A stretch of DNA of 64,000 nucleotides from an uncultured delta proteobacterium (GTDB lineage Bacteria; Myxococcota_A; Polyangia; Polyangiales; Polyangiaceae): positions 1,600,001-1,664,000 of the forward strand of contig CAWJCS010000005.1 in the NCBI GenBank assembly GCA_963841435.1, in the 5' to 3' direction. Each line of letters starts with the position of its first letter. The stretch's first letter is position 1. The notes below the pieces were generated by a model. It saw nothing but the letters and a program-made list of their open reading frames with translations. It searched no databases and was not told the origin of the DNA. Positions 22,179 through 30,853 of this stretch are shown in pieces. The position numbers were made by a program, and so were the translations under genes.

Positions 22179-22831
22179 AGCTCGGCTTCGGTCGCGTGGT
22201 GGCCGCGCAGGATGCCGACGAGGTCGTCACGCCGGCGCGCGGCGCGGTCCGTACCGGGCCGCGCCTCGGCCGCGTCGTGCCGGCGGAGGCCGTCGCGGCC
22301 GCCGATCAGGCGCGCGGCGTCGTCGAGCGTGCGGAGGCCGAAGCATCGAAGCTGCTCGAAACGGCACGGGCGGACGCGCAGTCACTCCGTCTTCGCGCGG
22401 TCGAGGAAGCCCGCGCCGAGGCGGTCGCAGCCCTCGCCGCTCGCGAGCTCGCTTTTGCGGCCCGCGAGCGTGAAATCGACGCGCGCCAGCTCGATCGCCT
22501 GGTCAACCTCGCGCGGCTGCTCGCCGAACGCCTGCTCGGCGAGACGCTTGCCGTCAACCCGGCGCGTGTCGTTTCGCTCGCACGCCAGGCGCTCACGGAG
22601 GCGCAGGGCGCGCGGCGCGTCAACATCGCCGCGCATCCCGATGACGTCCCCGTGCTCGAGGCGGCGCTCGGCGGCAACGGTCTCGGCCCCGCGGCGCGCG
22701 TCGTCGCCGACGCGACCCGGGCGCGCGGCAGCCTGCGCTTCGACACGGACATCGGCACGCTCGACGCGGCGCTCGCGCCGCAACTCGAGCGCCTGGCAAA
22801 GAAGCTGCGCGCCGCGCTCGCTCATGACTGA
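22175..22831 (+). CDS. FliH/SctL (HrpE/YscL) family stator protein
   Basis: Ala-rich coiled N-terminus, then LARLLAERLLG, VNIAAHPDD and RGSLRFDTDIGTLDAALAPQLERL, the FliH C-terminal pattern. Confidence 0.78.
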   Translation: MKLGFGRVVAAQDADEVVTPARGAVRTGPRLGRVVPAEAVAAADQARGVVERAEAEASKLLETARADAQSLRLRAVEEARAEAVAALAARELAFAAREREIDARQLDRLVNLARLLAERLLGETLAVNPARVVSLARQALTEAQGARRVNIAAHPDDVPVLEAALGGNGLGPAARVVADATRARGSLRFDTDIGTLDAALAPQLERLAKKLRAALAHD

Positions 22832-23747
22832 CCCCTCTGCTTCGGGCGCGGCCTCGAGCGCACCGCCGGACGCCCTCATGCGCGTCACGTGGAAGAGCGC
22901 GCGCAACAACCTGCTCTTGTTCGTCGCCACGGCGCTCAGCGTGTTCGTGACGCAGGGCCCCGCGTTCACGGTGGCGCTGCTCGCCATCCTGCTCGCGCAC
23001 GAATTCGGCCACTATTTTGCCGCGCGCTACCATCGCGTGCCGGCGTCGTTGCCTTATTTCATCCCTCTGCCGATCATCAGCTTCTTCGGCACGCTGGGGG
23101 CCGTGATCGTCATGCCCGCGCGCATTCGCTCGCGCAACGCGCTCGTCAACATCGGGGCGTCGGGGCCGCTCGCGGGACTCGTCGTGGCGATCCCCGTGCT
23201 GCTCTTTGGTCTCGCGCACTCGACGGTTGGGCCGAGCGTCCCCCCGTACCTCCAGGAGGGCCAGAGCCTCATCTACCTCGTCGCCAAGCGGCTCGTGCTC
23301 GGCCCCATGCCCGAGGGCTACGACGTGCAGCTCGGCGGAGTCGCGGCGGCGGGGTGGGCAGGCCTCTTCCTCACGATGATCAACCTCATCCCGTACGGGC
23401 AGCTCGACGGCGGCCACATCGCCTACGCGATCTTCGGCGACCGGCAGCACGTCTTCGCGCGCTGGATGCGCCGCGCCTTACCGTTTCTTTTCCTCTACAA
23501 CCTCGCCGTCTGGCTCGTGCCGATGCTGCGCGGGACGGCGCCGCTCGACATTGCCCTCGCGGTAGAAAACTCCCTATTTTGGCTCGTGTGGTACGGCGTG
23601 CTGGGCCTTTTGGCGCGCTTTTCGGGGCGTGATCATCCGCCTTGCGAGCCGAGTGAGCTCACGCCCGCGCGTCGCGCCATCGGCTGGCTTTCGCTCGCCC
23701 TCTTCGTCGGCCTCTTCATGCCGTTTCCGTTCGCTCAAGTGCCCTGA
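22824..23747 (+). CDS. Site-2 protease (peptidase M50)
   Basis: HEFGH, GP and NLIPYGQLDGGH motifs; multiple TM segments. Confidence 0.93.
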   Translation: MTDPSASGAASSAPPDALMRVTWKSARNNLLLFVATALSVFVTQGPAFTVALLAILLAHEFGHYFAARYHRVPASLPYFIPLPIISFFGTLGAVIVMPARIRSRNALVNIGASGPLAGLVVAIPVLLFGLAHSTVGPSVPPYLQEGQSLIYLVAKRLVLGPMPEGYDVQLGGVAAAGWAGLFLTMINLIPYGQLDGGHIAYAIFGDRQHVFARWMRRALPFLFLYNLAVWLVPMLRGTAPLDIALAVENSLFWLVWYGVLGLLARFSGRDHPPCEPSELTPARRAIGWLSLALFVGLFMPFPFAQVP

Positions 23748-23837
23748 AACGCGGTGTGGAATTTTCCACGCACCCGCCTGGGGTGAAACGTTGACGGGTT
23801 CCGCTGCGCGACGGCTACAGAGTCGAGAGAGGTCTTC

Positions 23838-24995
23838 ATGGAAAGCCGACGACGAACGACGGGGCAGGCATTGTTGGTGCTTTCGCTCGGGCTCGGCCTC
23901 GGTTGCCAGAGCGCGGTCGATGGGGATGACGCCGGCGCGAGCGGCTCGGGCGGAACGGGGCAGGGTGGCAGCGGTGGCTCGAGCGGGACGGCGTCAGGCG
24001 GAACGTCCGGCAGCGCGAGCGGTACGGGGGGCAGCGCCGCAGGCACCAGCGGCACGGCTGGACAGGGCATCGGTGGCACGGCGGGAAGTAGCACTGGGGG
24101 TGCTGCAGGGAGCGCCGCCGGTGACGCAGGCAGTGGCGGCCCCGCGGGAGGCGGCGCCGGCGGGGACGGCGCGACGGGCGGCTCGAGCGGCAGCGCTGGC
24201 GCCTCCGGCGGAACGTCGGGCGCTGCGGGCGCTCCCATGACGACCTCCGGCTGCGGCACCGCGACCTTCCCGGAGAGTGGCAACTACACGATGACGGTCG
24301 ACGGCACCGAGCGCGAGTACATCATCAAGCTGCCGGATGCGTACGACCCCGCCACGCCGTACCGGCTCGTGTTCGCGTTCCACGGCCGCACCGGCACCGC
24401 GCAGCAGATCGCAACGGGCTTCGGCGGCGGCTACTACGGCATCGAGCAGCGCCTCGGTGACGACACCATCTTCGTCGCACCGCAAGGCCTCGGCACGGAC
24501 ACCGACCCCGCCGACACGGGCTGGCCGAACACGAACGGTCAGGACATTGCCTTCGTGCGCGCCATGGTCAACGACCTCGAGTCGAGCTTCTGTATCGACT
24601 CCACACGCATCTTCTCCACGGGCATGAGCTACGGCGGCATCATGTCGGATACGATTGCCTGTCAGATGTCCGACGTTTTTCGCGGTATCGGGGCCATCGC
24701 CGGCGCCATGTTCGGTCGCGCCAACTGCTCCGGCCCGCCGATCGCCGTGTGGATGGCGCACGGCACCGCCGACGATCAGGTGATGTTCTCGCAGGGCGAG
24801 GCCGCTCGCGACGCTTTCCTCGGCGTGAACCACTGCGACACGGCGGCGGAGCCCGTCGCCGTCGATCCCGAGGGTTGCGTTTCGTACCAGGGCTGCGACA
24901 CGGGCTACCCGGTCGTCTTTTGCACGCACGACGGCGGGCACATCATCCCGAGCTATTCCGGCCAGGCCATCAGCGACTTCTTCGCGCAGTTCTGA
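23838..24995 (+). CDS. Lipoprotein: Gly/Ser linker + secreted alpha/beta-hydrolase (feruloyl-esterase/PHB-depolymerase-like)
   Basis: Lipobox LGLGC; FHG, nucleophile elbow GMSYGG, HGTADD and GGH catalytic segments. Confidence 0.85.
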   Translation: MESRRRTTGQALLVLSLGLGLGCQSAVDGDDAGASGSGGTGQGGSGGSSGTASGGTSGSASGTGGSAAGTSGTAGQGIGGTAGSSTGGAAGSAAGDAGSGGPAGGGAGGDGATGGSSGSAGASGGTSGAAGAPMTTSGCGTATFPESGNYTMTVDGTEREYIIKLPDAYDPATPYRLVFAFHGRTGTAQQIATGFGGGYYGIEQRLGDDTIFVAPQGLGTDTDPADTGWPNTNGQDIAFVRAMVNDLESSFCIDSTRIFSTGMSYGGIMSDTIACQMSDVFRGIGAIAGAMFGRANCSGPPIAVWMAHGTADDQVMFSQGEAARDAFLGVNHCDTAAEPVAVDPEGCVSYQGCDTGYPVVFCTHDGGHIIPSYSGQAISDFFAQF

Positions 24996-25014
24996 GCGCG
25001 AAAGGGCGCCCCCC

Positions 25015-25108
25015 GCGCGTCGTGCTCCAGCGCGTGTCGTGCCCCGGCGCGCGTCGTGCCCCAGCGCGCGTCGTGCCCCAGCGCGCGTCGTGCCCCCAGT
25101 GCGTGTCG
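25015..25108. repeat. Intergenic 17-bp tandem repeat (GCGCGTCGTGCCCCAGC, ~5.5 degenerate copies)
   Basis: Units start at 25015, 25032, 25049, 25066, 25083 and 25101 (partial), between convergent genes. Confidence 0.9.
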
Positions 25109-25142
25109 CCGTGCGTTGCCGGCCCCTGCGCGTCGCCGTGAG

Positions 25143-25643
25143 TCAGGCTTCCGGCGTGCTGTACTTCTTGCGCAGTGCCTCGCACACGACGTCGGGCGTG
25201 TAGCGGCTCACGTCGCCCCCGAAACGAGCGATTTCGCGCACGAGTGACGCCGAGATGAAGCCGTAGTTCGTGCGCGTCGGCAGGAACACGGTGTCGATGC
25301 CCGGCGCGAGATCGGCGTTCGCGTGGGCGATCTGCAGCTCGTACTCGAAATCCGAGCCCACGCGCAGGCCACGCACCACGACGCGTACGCCGAGCTTCTT
25401 GCCGTAATCGACGAGCAGCCCGCTGAAGCTCTCGACGGTCACGTTGGGGAACGGCTTGCAGATTTCCTTGAGCAGCGCGAGCCGCTCCTCGACGGCGAAG
25501 AGCGGCGAGCGCGCGGGATTCGTACCGACGGCGACGATCACCCGCGGGAAGAGCCGCGCGGCACGCTCGACCAGGTCGAGGTGGCCGTAGGTGGGCGGGT
25601 CGAAGCTGCCGGCGTAAAGGGCAATGTCGACCCCCTCGCTCAT
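25143..25643 (-). CDS. coaD: Pantetheine-phosphate adenylyltransferase
   Basis: YAGSFDPPTYGH, RGLR...DFEYE and ISASLVRE motifs. Confidence 0.97.
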   Translation of the reverse strand: MSEGVDIALYAGSFDPPTYGHLDLVERAARLFPRVIVAVGTNPARSPLFAVEERLALLKEICKPFPNVTVESFSGLLVDYGKKLGVRVVVRGLRVGSDFEYELQIAHANADLAPGIDTVFLPTRTNYGFISASLVREIARFGGDVSRYTPDVVCEALRKKYSTPEA

Positions 25644-27043
25644 GGCTTCTTGTTCGCGCCACCAATCGGGGGCGCGGTGGGCTTGGGGGTGGTCTTCTTG
25701 GGCGGAGCCTTGGCAGGCGCCTCGTCCGCCTCGTCCGCCTCGTCGTCGGGTGCCGTGTCCGGCGCCGCGCTGTCAGCGAAGCCCTCGAGAGGGGGCGCCG
25801 GCTCGAGCGCCTCGCGAGGTAGATCCTCGAGCCACATCGAGCGCCCGCCGTCGAACAACGTGACGCGGAAGGTCGCGAGCAGGCCTGACCCGAGCAGACC
25901 GTCGATGTCCACGCCGAGCCCCTCCTCGCGCTCCTTGATGGCGCCGTCGCCCTCGAGCCCCGGCACGTGCGGTAGGTCGAACGCGCCGAGCCGCAAGAGC
26001 GGAACGACGCCCTGTCGCATCGAGCCGCCGTTAGGCAGCGCGCGGAGCGATGACGGCGGTACGCCGGCTTTGGTCCACGCCGCGCCCTCGAGCGCCACCG
26101 GGTAGGCGAGGGTCGTATCGACGAGCAGCGAGCAGGTCGGCGCCGATTCACCCGAGCCGAGCGCGCCCCGTACGAGCATGCCGCCGCCGCGTGCGTAGTT
26201 GAGCCTGAGCGTCGTGGCCGCGGGCGGTGGCGGTGGGTCGAAGCTTCGGACGACGAACTGGCCCCCCGCAAAGTCGATGGTCGGACGCAGATGCCTCAGC
26301 AGATTCACGCCGATGAGGATCTTGATCGGAGCGTTCATCTGCTTGGACAGCCCCGAAAAATCCTTCGCGAGGACGGGGACGTCGCGCACTTCGACGCGCT
26401 CGCCGAAGCGCAGCGAGGCCCAGGTGGGCTCGGTGCCGTTCGCGGCGTCGATCACGGCTTCGGCGGTTCCGGTCGCGATCATCCCGAGGCCGGGGCTGCC
26501 ATCCACCTCGAGCGGCACGATCATCGACGCCGTGCCCGTCCGCGGCATGTCCATCACGGCCAGGAGCCCCCCCGACATTTCGAACGGGTGCCGGCCGGTG
26601 CCTCGCCGCGCAAGCTTCGCAATCTCGACCGCCCAGACGTCGTGCACCTCGGGGTCTCTGAGCAGCGCCTCGAGCTCGTCGGCCGTGCGGTCGACGTCGC
26701 CCTTGTACCAGTAGGCCCGGCCTCGGATGCCGCGCGCGTCCGCGGACTGCATGCCCTTCAAGACCTCGAGCGCCCGGTCGTAGTCGAGGCGCGCGAGCGC
26801 GACCCGGCCGGCCAGGAGACGGATCTCTTCGCGACCGGGTGCGACGCGCAGCGCGTTCTCGACGGCGAGCTCCGCGTCATCGAGGTCCCCGCTCCGGAAG
26901 CTCGCGGTCCCGCGGTCGAACCAGCGCTTTGCGACGGGCGGGAATTGTGGGTGGCTTTCCTGCGACGCGCAGGCAAACAGCAGCCCGGCGAGGGGCACGA
27001 GGCCGCACAGCGAGCGCAGCGAGAGGAGTCGGGTTCGAGGCAC
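25640..27043 (-). CDS. TPR lipoprotein with two retropepsin-like (aspartyl protease) lobes
   Basis: Lipobox LFAC; TPR repeats; IATGT...ILIG and VDTT...IDGLLG lobes; coupled to coaD. Confidence 0.7.
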   Translation of the reverse strand: MPRTRLLSLRSLCGLVPLAGLLFACASQESHPQFPPVAKRWFDRGTASFRSGDLDDAELAVENALRVAPGREEIRLLAGRVALARLDYDRALEVLKGMQSADARGIRGRAYWYKGDVDRTADELEALLRDPEVHDVWAVEIAKLARRGTGRHPFEMSGGLLAVMDMPRTGTASMIVPLEVDGSPGLGMIATGTAEAVIDAANGTEPTWASLRFGERVEVRDVPVLAKDFSGLSKQMNAPIKILIGVNLLRHLRPTIDFAGGQFVVRSFDPPPPPAATTLRLNYARGGGMLVRGALGSGESAPTCSLLVDTTLAYPVALEGAAWTKAGVPPSSLRALPNGGSMRQGVVPLLRLGAFDLPHVPGLEGDGAIKEREEGLGVDIDGLLGSGLLATFRVTLFDGGRSMWLEDLPREALEPAPPLEGFADSAAPDTAPDDEADEADEAPAKAPPKKTTPKPTAPPIGGANKKP

Positions 27044-27182
27044 GGGGCGGCGGGGAGATAGCTCACAACCCGGCCGACGCCAAACGCGGGGTGGTCCGCG
27101 CGGTGCGCCCGGACCCCCGTAGCACCCGCTCGGACGCCCGCCGGGGGGGCTCCCAAGCTTCCAGAAGTGCTAGCCTGTTTGG

Positions 27183-27791
27183 GTGCACGAGGACTCGCTG
27201 ACGGCTCTTCCGCGTGAGCGCGACGTGCTGAGCTTGCCGGTGTTGCTTCTGAATCGGCACTTCGCGCCCGTGACCGTCGCCACGGCACGCCGCGCGTTCA
27301 TTTTGCTCTACGGGGGCGCCGCCCGCGCGCTCGACGACGACGGCGACGACTACGATTTCGACACCTGGTTCAAGCTGCCCTTGCGACGCACCGACGATCC
27401 GCTGCCCGTCGTCGGTGGCGCCGTGCGCGTGCCGCGCGTGTTGCACCTCTTGCGCTACGATCGTGCGCCGCGTTTCAGCGTCCGGCTCACGCGCAAGAAC
27501 CTGATGATCCGCGACCAGTACCAGTGCCAGTACTGCGGTCGGCGCCCGAATCAGCGGGAGTTGAATCTCGATCACGTCGTCCCACGTTCGCGCGGCGGGC
27601 AGGACTCGTGGGAAAACCTGGTCGTGTCGTGCCGACTCTGCAACCTGAAGAAGGGCCGCCGCACGCCCATCGAAGCGGGCATGAACCTCCTCCGAGCGCC
27701 CTTCCCGCCACGCTGGTCAACGGCCACGCAGATCCTGCTCGTCACGCGCCGCCCCTACGAGGAGTGGCAGCCCTTCCTCAAAGCCGGCTGA
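27183..27791 (+). CDS. HNH endonuclease
   Basis: RDQYQCQYCG, DHVVPRSRGG, WENLVVSCRLCNLKKG motifs. Confidence 0.93.
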   Translation: MHEDSLTALPRERDVLSLPVLLLNRHFAPVTVATARRAFILLYGGAARALDDDGDDYDFDTWFKLPLRRTDDPLPVVGGAVRVPRVLHLLRYDRAPRFSVRLTRKNLMIRDQYQCQYCGRRPNQRELNLDHVVPRSRGGQDSWENLVVSCRLCNLKKGRRTPIEAGMNLLRAPFPPRWSTATQILLVTRRPYEEWQPFLKAG

Positions 27792-27848
27792 TTTTCCGCG
27801 CCATCTGCCCGCTGCCCGGAGCGGCCGGGTGGTACTAGGATGCGGGGC

Positions 27849-28391
27849 ATGACGCGCTCCCCCGTGCTCGGACTCTCGACCCTCGTCCTGTTCGTCGTCG
27901 GCTGCGGCGGCTCCCAGCCCGAGCCTGAGGCACCTGCCGCGCCGCCCGAGGCTGCCGCTGCCGCCTCCCCAACCGCCGGCGATGCGGCGAAACCTCCCTC
28001 CGAAGGCGGCTGGGAGGGCGAGGCCGAGGCGACGGCGCCAGGCGACGCGCCCCGCGCGAGCGCTGCTGAGCCGCCCGCGGCCCCGGGTGTGAAAGAAACG
28101 CGCACGATGGAGGTCATCGCCAAGATCGTGAAGGACCGCCGCCAGCCCGTGCGCGACTGCTACGACAAGGCGCGCAAGGATCTGCCGTCCCTCCAGGGCG
28201 ACATGGTGATCCACTTCGACCTCACACCCGAAGGCAAGGTGAAGAACATCGAGCTCAACCAGCCGCGCTCGACGCTCAAGGCCGCGGCGGTCGTCGATTG
28301 CGCCATCAAGGTCATCCAGGGGCTCGACTTTCCACCCTCGTCTCGCGGCATGGAGACGCAGGTGAACTACCCGTACAATTTCACGCCGTGA
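27849..28391 (+). CDS. Lipoprotein with AgmX/PglI (TonB-C-like) C-terminal domain
   Basis: Lipobox VVGC; Pro/Ala linker; VRDCY...LQG...F...G...DC...FP...YPYNF pattern. Confidence 0.82.
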   Translation: MTRSPVLGLSTLVLFVVGCGGSQPEPEAPAAPPEAAAAASPTAGDAAKPPSEGGWEGEAEATAPGDAPRASAAEPPAAPGVKETRTMEVIAKIVKDRRQPVRDCYDKARKDLPSLQGDMVIHFDLTPEGKVKNIELNQPRSTLKAAAVVDCAIKVIQGLDFPPSSRGMETQVNYPYNFTP

Positions 28392-30011
28392 CGACGGGGC
28401 GCCACACCCTGCGCCCGGAGCCAAGGCACCGGTCCCAGCCCTCGCCGGGCGGTGTGGACGACGCGTACGCCGGCCTGCTCAGCGGCACGCGGCGGCTGCA
28501 CCTCGAGCAGCGCTTCGAGCGCGAGGCGTGGCTCGCGGCGCTCACGCTCGAGGACAAGGACGATCTCTTGTTCGAGCTCGAGGTGCTGCTCAAGGCAACG
28601 GCCTGCTACTCGAACCCGCGCAACCACCCCGGCCCGCCCCGCCGCACCGCCATCGTGGGGCACGATTTCCGGCCCGCGCTGCAGGTCTTTCGCGACGGGC
28701 TCGAGCGGGCGATCGCCCTCGCCCGGCAGCTGCTCGGTCCGCTCGATCGCGCCTTCGTCTTCCATCGCTACCTCGAGACCGTGTTGCCCGAGGACAGCGC
28801 GCGCGCCCGGCTGCTCGTCGAAGGCGCGCACCAGAACGTCGCCCGCGAACAGCCTGATCACGCTGCGCCACGGCCTCACGGCGGCGAACGAGGTGGTCGA
28901 CGGCGTGCTGCGCGTCCAGCGCGTGCCGTTCCGGCTCTTTCACGCGCTGCTCTCCACGGTCTACCGCGAGGTCGATCGCAGCGCGTTCTTCAATCCCCTG
29001 AACGCGCTCGAGTTTCGCCCCGAGTTCGACCGCATCAAGTCGGCCCAGGTGCTGGATCTGATCCGCAGCATGCCGGGCGTCGAGGCGCACCGCCTCGTCG
29101 CGCTCACGTTCTTGTCGCTCTTTCGCATGCTGCGCTACCTCTCGCTGCTCGAGCACATCGGGGCCGAGGGTGCGCAGCGCCGACAGCACGTCGGTAGCGC
29201 ATACCTGGTGCTCAGCGTGCTTCGCTCCGACGCGCGTGCGCTCAGCGACCACCTGCGGCAGCGCGCCGCGGCGCTGCTCGCCGACGGCTTCGAGCGCGAC
29301 CTCATGCTCGTCCCCGCGAGCTCCGTGCGCGAGCGAGCGTCGACGCTGCGCGCGGCGGGACACCACCTCATCGGCATCAAGAGCGCGCTCGAAGGCATCT
29401 CCGGGAGTCTCCGCCTCGAGCTCCGCCGGGCGTTCCAGCACGATCTCCCCGAGCCGGGCGTCAAGAATGCGCCCGCTTTCCGGCGCTCGTTGGTCGGCAC
29501 CATCGAGAACCTGCGCCCCGCGCTGCAGAACTCGATTCTTTTCCTCGGCAAGGCGCTCGGCGTGAGCCTCGAGCACGGTGGCGTCTTCGACGACCAAGCC
29601 GCGCGCCGGCAGACGAGCGAGCGACTGCGCCGCGACGTGTGGATGTTCGCCCAGATCGTCCGAGCGTTTTTTTCCAAAGCGCAGCACTCGCCGACCGAGG
29701 ACGGCTGGGCGCCGGTGCAGGGCTTCCAGTACGTGCGGGAGTTCCTCGCGTACTTTCGCGCCATGGGCTATCCGCTCCTGCGCTCGGCGGACTACCCACG
29801 CATCGACCTCTTCATGGCCGCCATGACGCGGCTCGAGGACACCGACCTCGTCGACCCAGCTCGGCTCGAGGACGCCATCGACGAATGCGTCGCCTTCCAC
29901 GGCTTTCTCACGCGCCTGTTCGACGACATCTCGAAGCGCGACGAGCTTTCGGGCGTCGCCTTCGATCGCCGCGCCGCAGCCGGCGCGCTCAAGCTCTATC
30001 TCGGCGACTGA
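28388..30011 (+). CDS. Large alpha-helical hypothetical protein (apparent +1 frameshift at ~28835)
   Basis: GTGA-coupled to the upstream gene. The protein-like frame runs to GAHQ and continues as TSPANSLITLRHG in the next frame; removing one A gives 541 codons. Confidence 0.75.
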
Positions 30012-30402
30012 GCGCTGCAACCGCGGGCGCTGCCGTCGGCGGGCTCGAGTCCGGGGGCGCGACCGAGCAATCCAACGTCGATGCACCGCGGAAGGATGCT
30101 TGCGCATCCGTCACTTCGCCGCGGGCGCCGCTTCTCTCATCGCTCGATGGGGAGCGATGGCAACGGACGCCCCTCGGGGTTTCATGCCGAGCACGCGGGA
30201 TGGGTACTCATTCGCACCCACCCGCGTGCTCGGCTCCGAGGCTGGGCCCTTGCCCGGGACCTCGTTGGCCCGGGGCGGTGATCGACTAGGTCGACCACTG
30301 CCCCTGTCGGCGCTCGCAATTGGCCTAGCGAGCTTCGCCTTGGCGAGGCTCGCCAGATTGGGAAGCCAGCGAACTCAAAGCACGAGCGCGCCAGGCTTCC
30401 CC
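30012..30402 (-). ncRNA. Candidate large structured RNA or 3' UTR of unknown family
   Basis: At least six hairpins tile the region, including a 14-bp perfect stem (30186-30199/30221-30234) and a GCAA GNRA-capped stem on the minus strand; no credible ORF. Confidence 0.55.
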
Positions 30403-30407
30403 ATCAC

Positions 30408-30524
30408 TCACTTGGCCTTCTTGCGGCGCTTCGCCCGACGCTTGCCCTTCTTCTTGGCAACCTTGGGGGCCTTCTTTGCAGCAGCCTTACGTGCAGTCTT
30501 TGAACGGGTCTTCTTTGCAGCCAT
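30408..30524 (-). CDS. 38-aa Lys/Arg/Ala-rich histone-H1/protamine-like small basic protein
   Basis: MAAKKTRSKTARKAAAKKAPKVAKKKGKRRAKRRKKAK; GGAGG 9 nt upstream; GCT/GCA/CGT/GTT codons unusual for this window and typical of highly expressed genes; too short for the ORF track. Confidence 0.85.
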   Translation of the reverse strand: MAAKKTRSKTARKAAAKKAPKVAKKKGKRRAKRRKKAK

Positions 30525-30587
30525 TTCTCGATGCCTCCCTTTGTTGGGGCCGGCTCTTAACCGAAACCCCTAGGGTATGTTGCAAGA

Positions 30588-30628
30588 CGTATATTGCCAC
30601 GTATGGGTGTCTGTCAACGAAAAAAATT
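30588..30628 (-). promoter_or_regulatory. Sigma70-type promoter for the small basic protein
   Basis: TTGACA (30617-30612), 18-nt spacer, TATACG (30593-30588); upstream T-tract resembling an UP element. Confidence 0.6.
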
Positions 30629-30853
30629 CAGCGGTCGTATGGACGGCGCCTAAGCAGGCCGCATGAACCATGCAACAATTGCGTGGTGCGCACCCGTTTA
30701 GTTCCGGTCACCCGGCCGCGCGAGTTTTCTGGCTGCCCTGTACGAGGAGAGAAAAAGCTCGCTTGCTCGGGCACTTGACGCGTCACGTCGGATTGTCTCT
30801 AAGGGGCTCGAGGCAATCAAAGCCTCCACGAAAAAACTGAGGACTTGCCCCCC

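Noticed and set aside
25015-25108. Possible CRISPR array
   Set aside because: The units are contiguous 17-mers with no unique spacers, and there are no cas genes in the window.
27183-27791. HNH gene as a mobile element or restriction system
   Set aside because: Host-like composition, its own leaderless promoter, and no flanking repeats, intron or adjacent methyltransferase.
30012-30402. RNase P RNA, tmRNA, 6S RNA or retron msr-msd as the identity of the structured region
   Set aside because: There is no GAGGAAAGUCC or ACAGAA..CGGCUUA, no tRNA-like ends or T-loop, it is not a single long rod, and no reverse transcriptase lies nearby.
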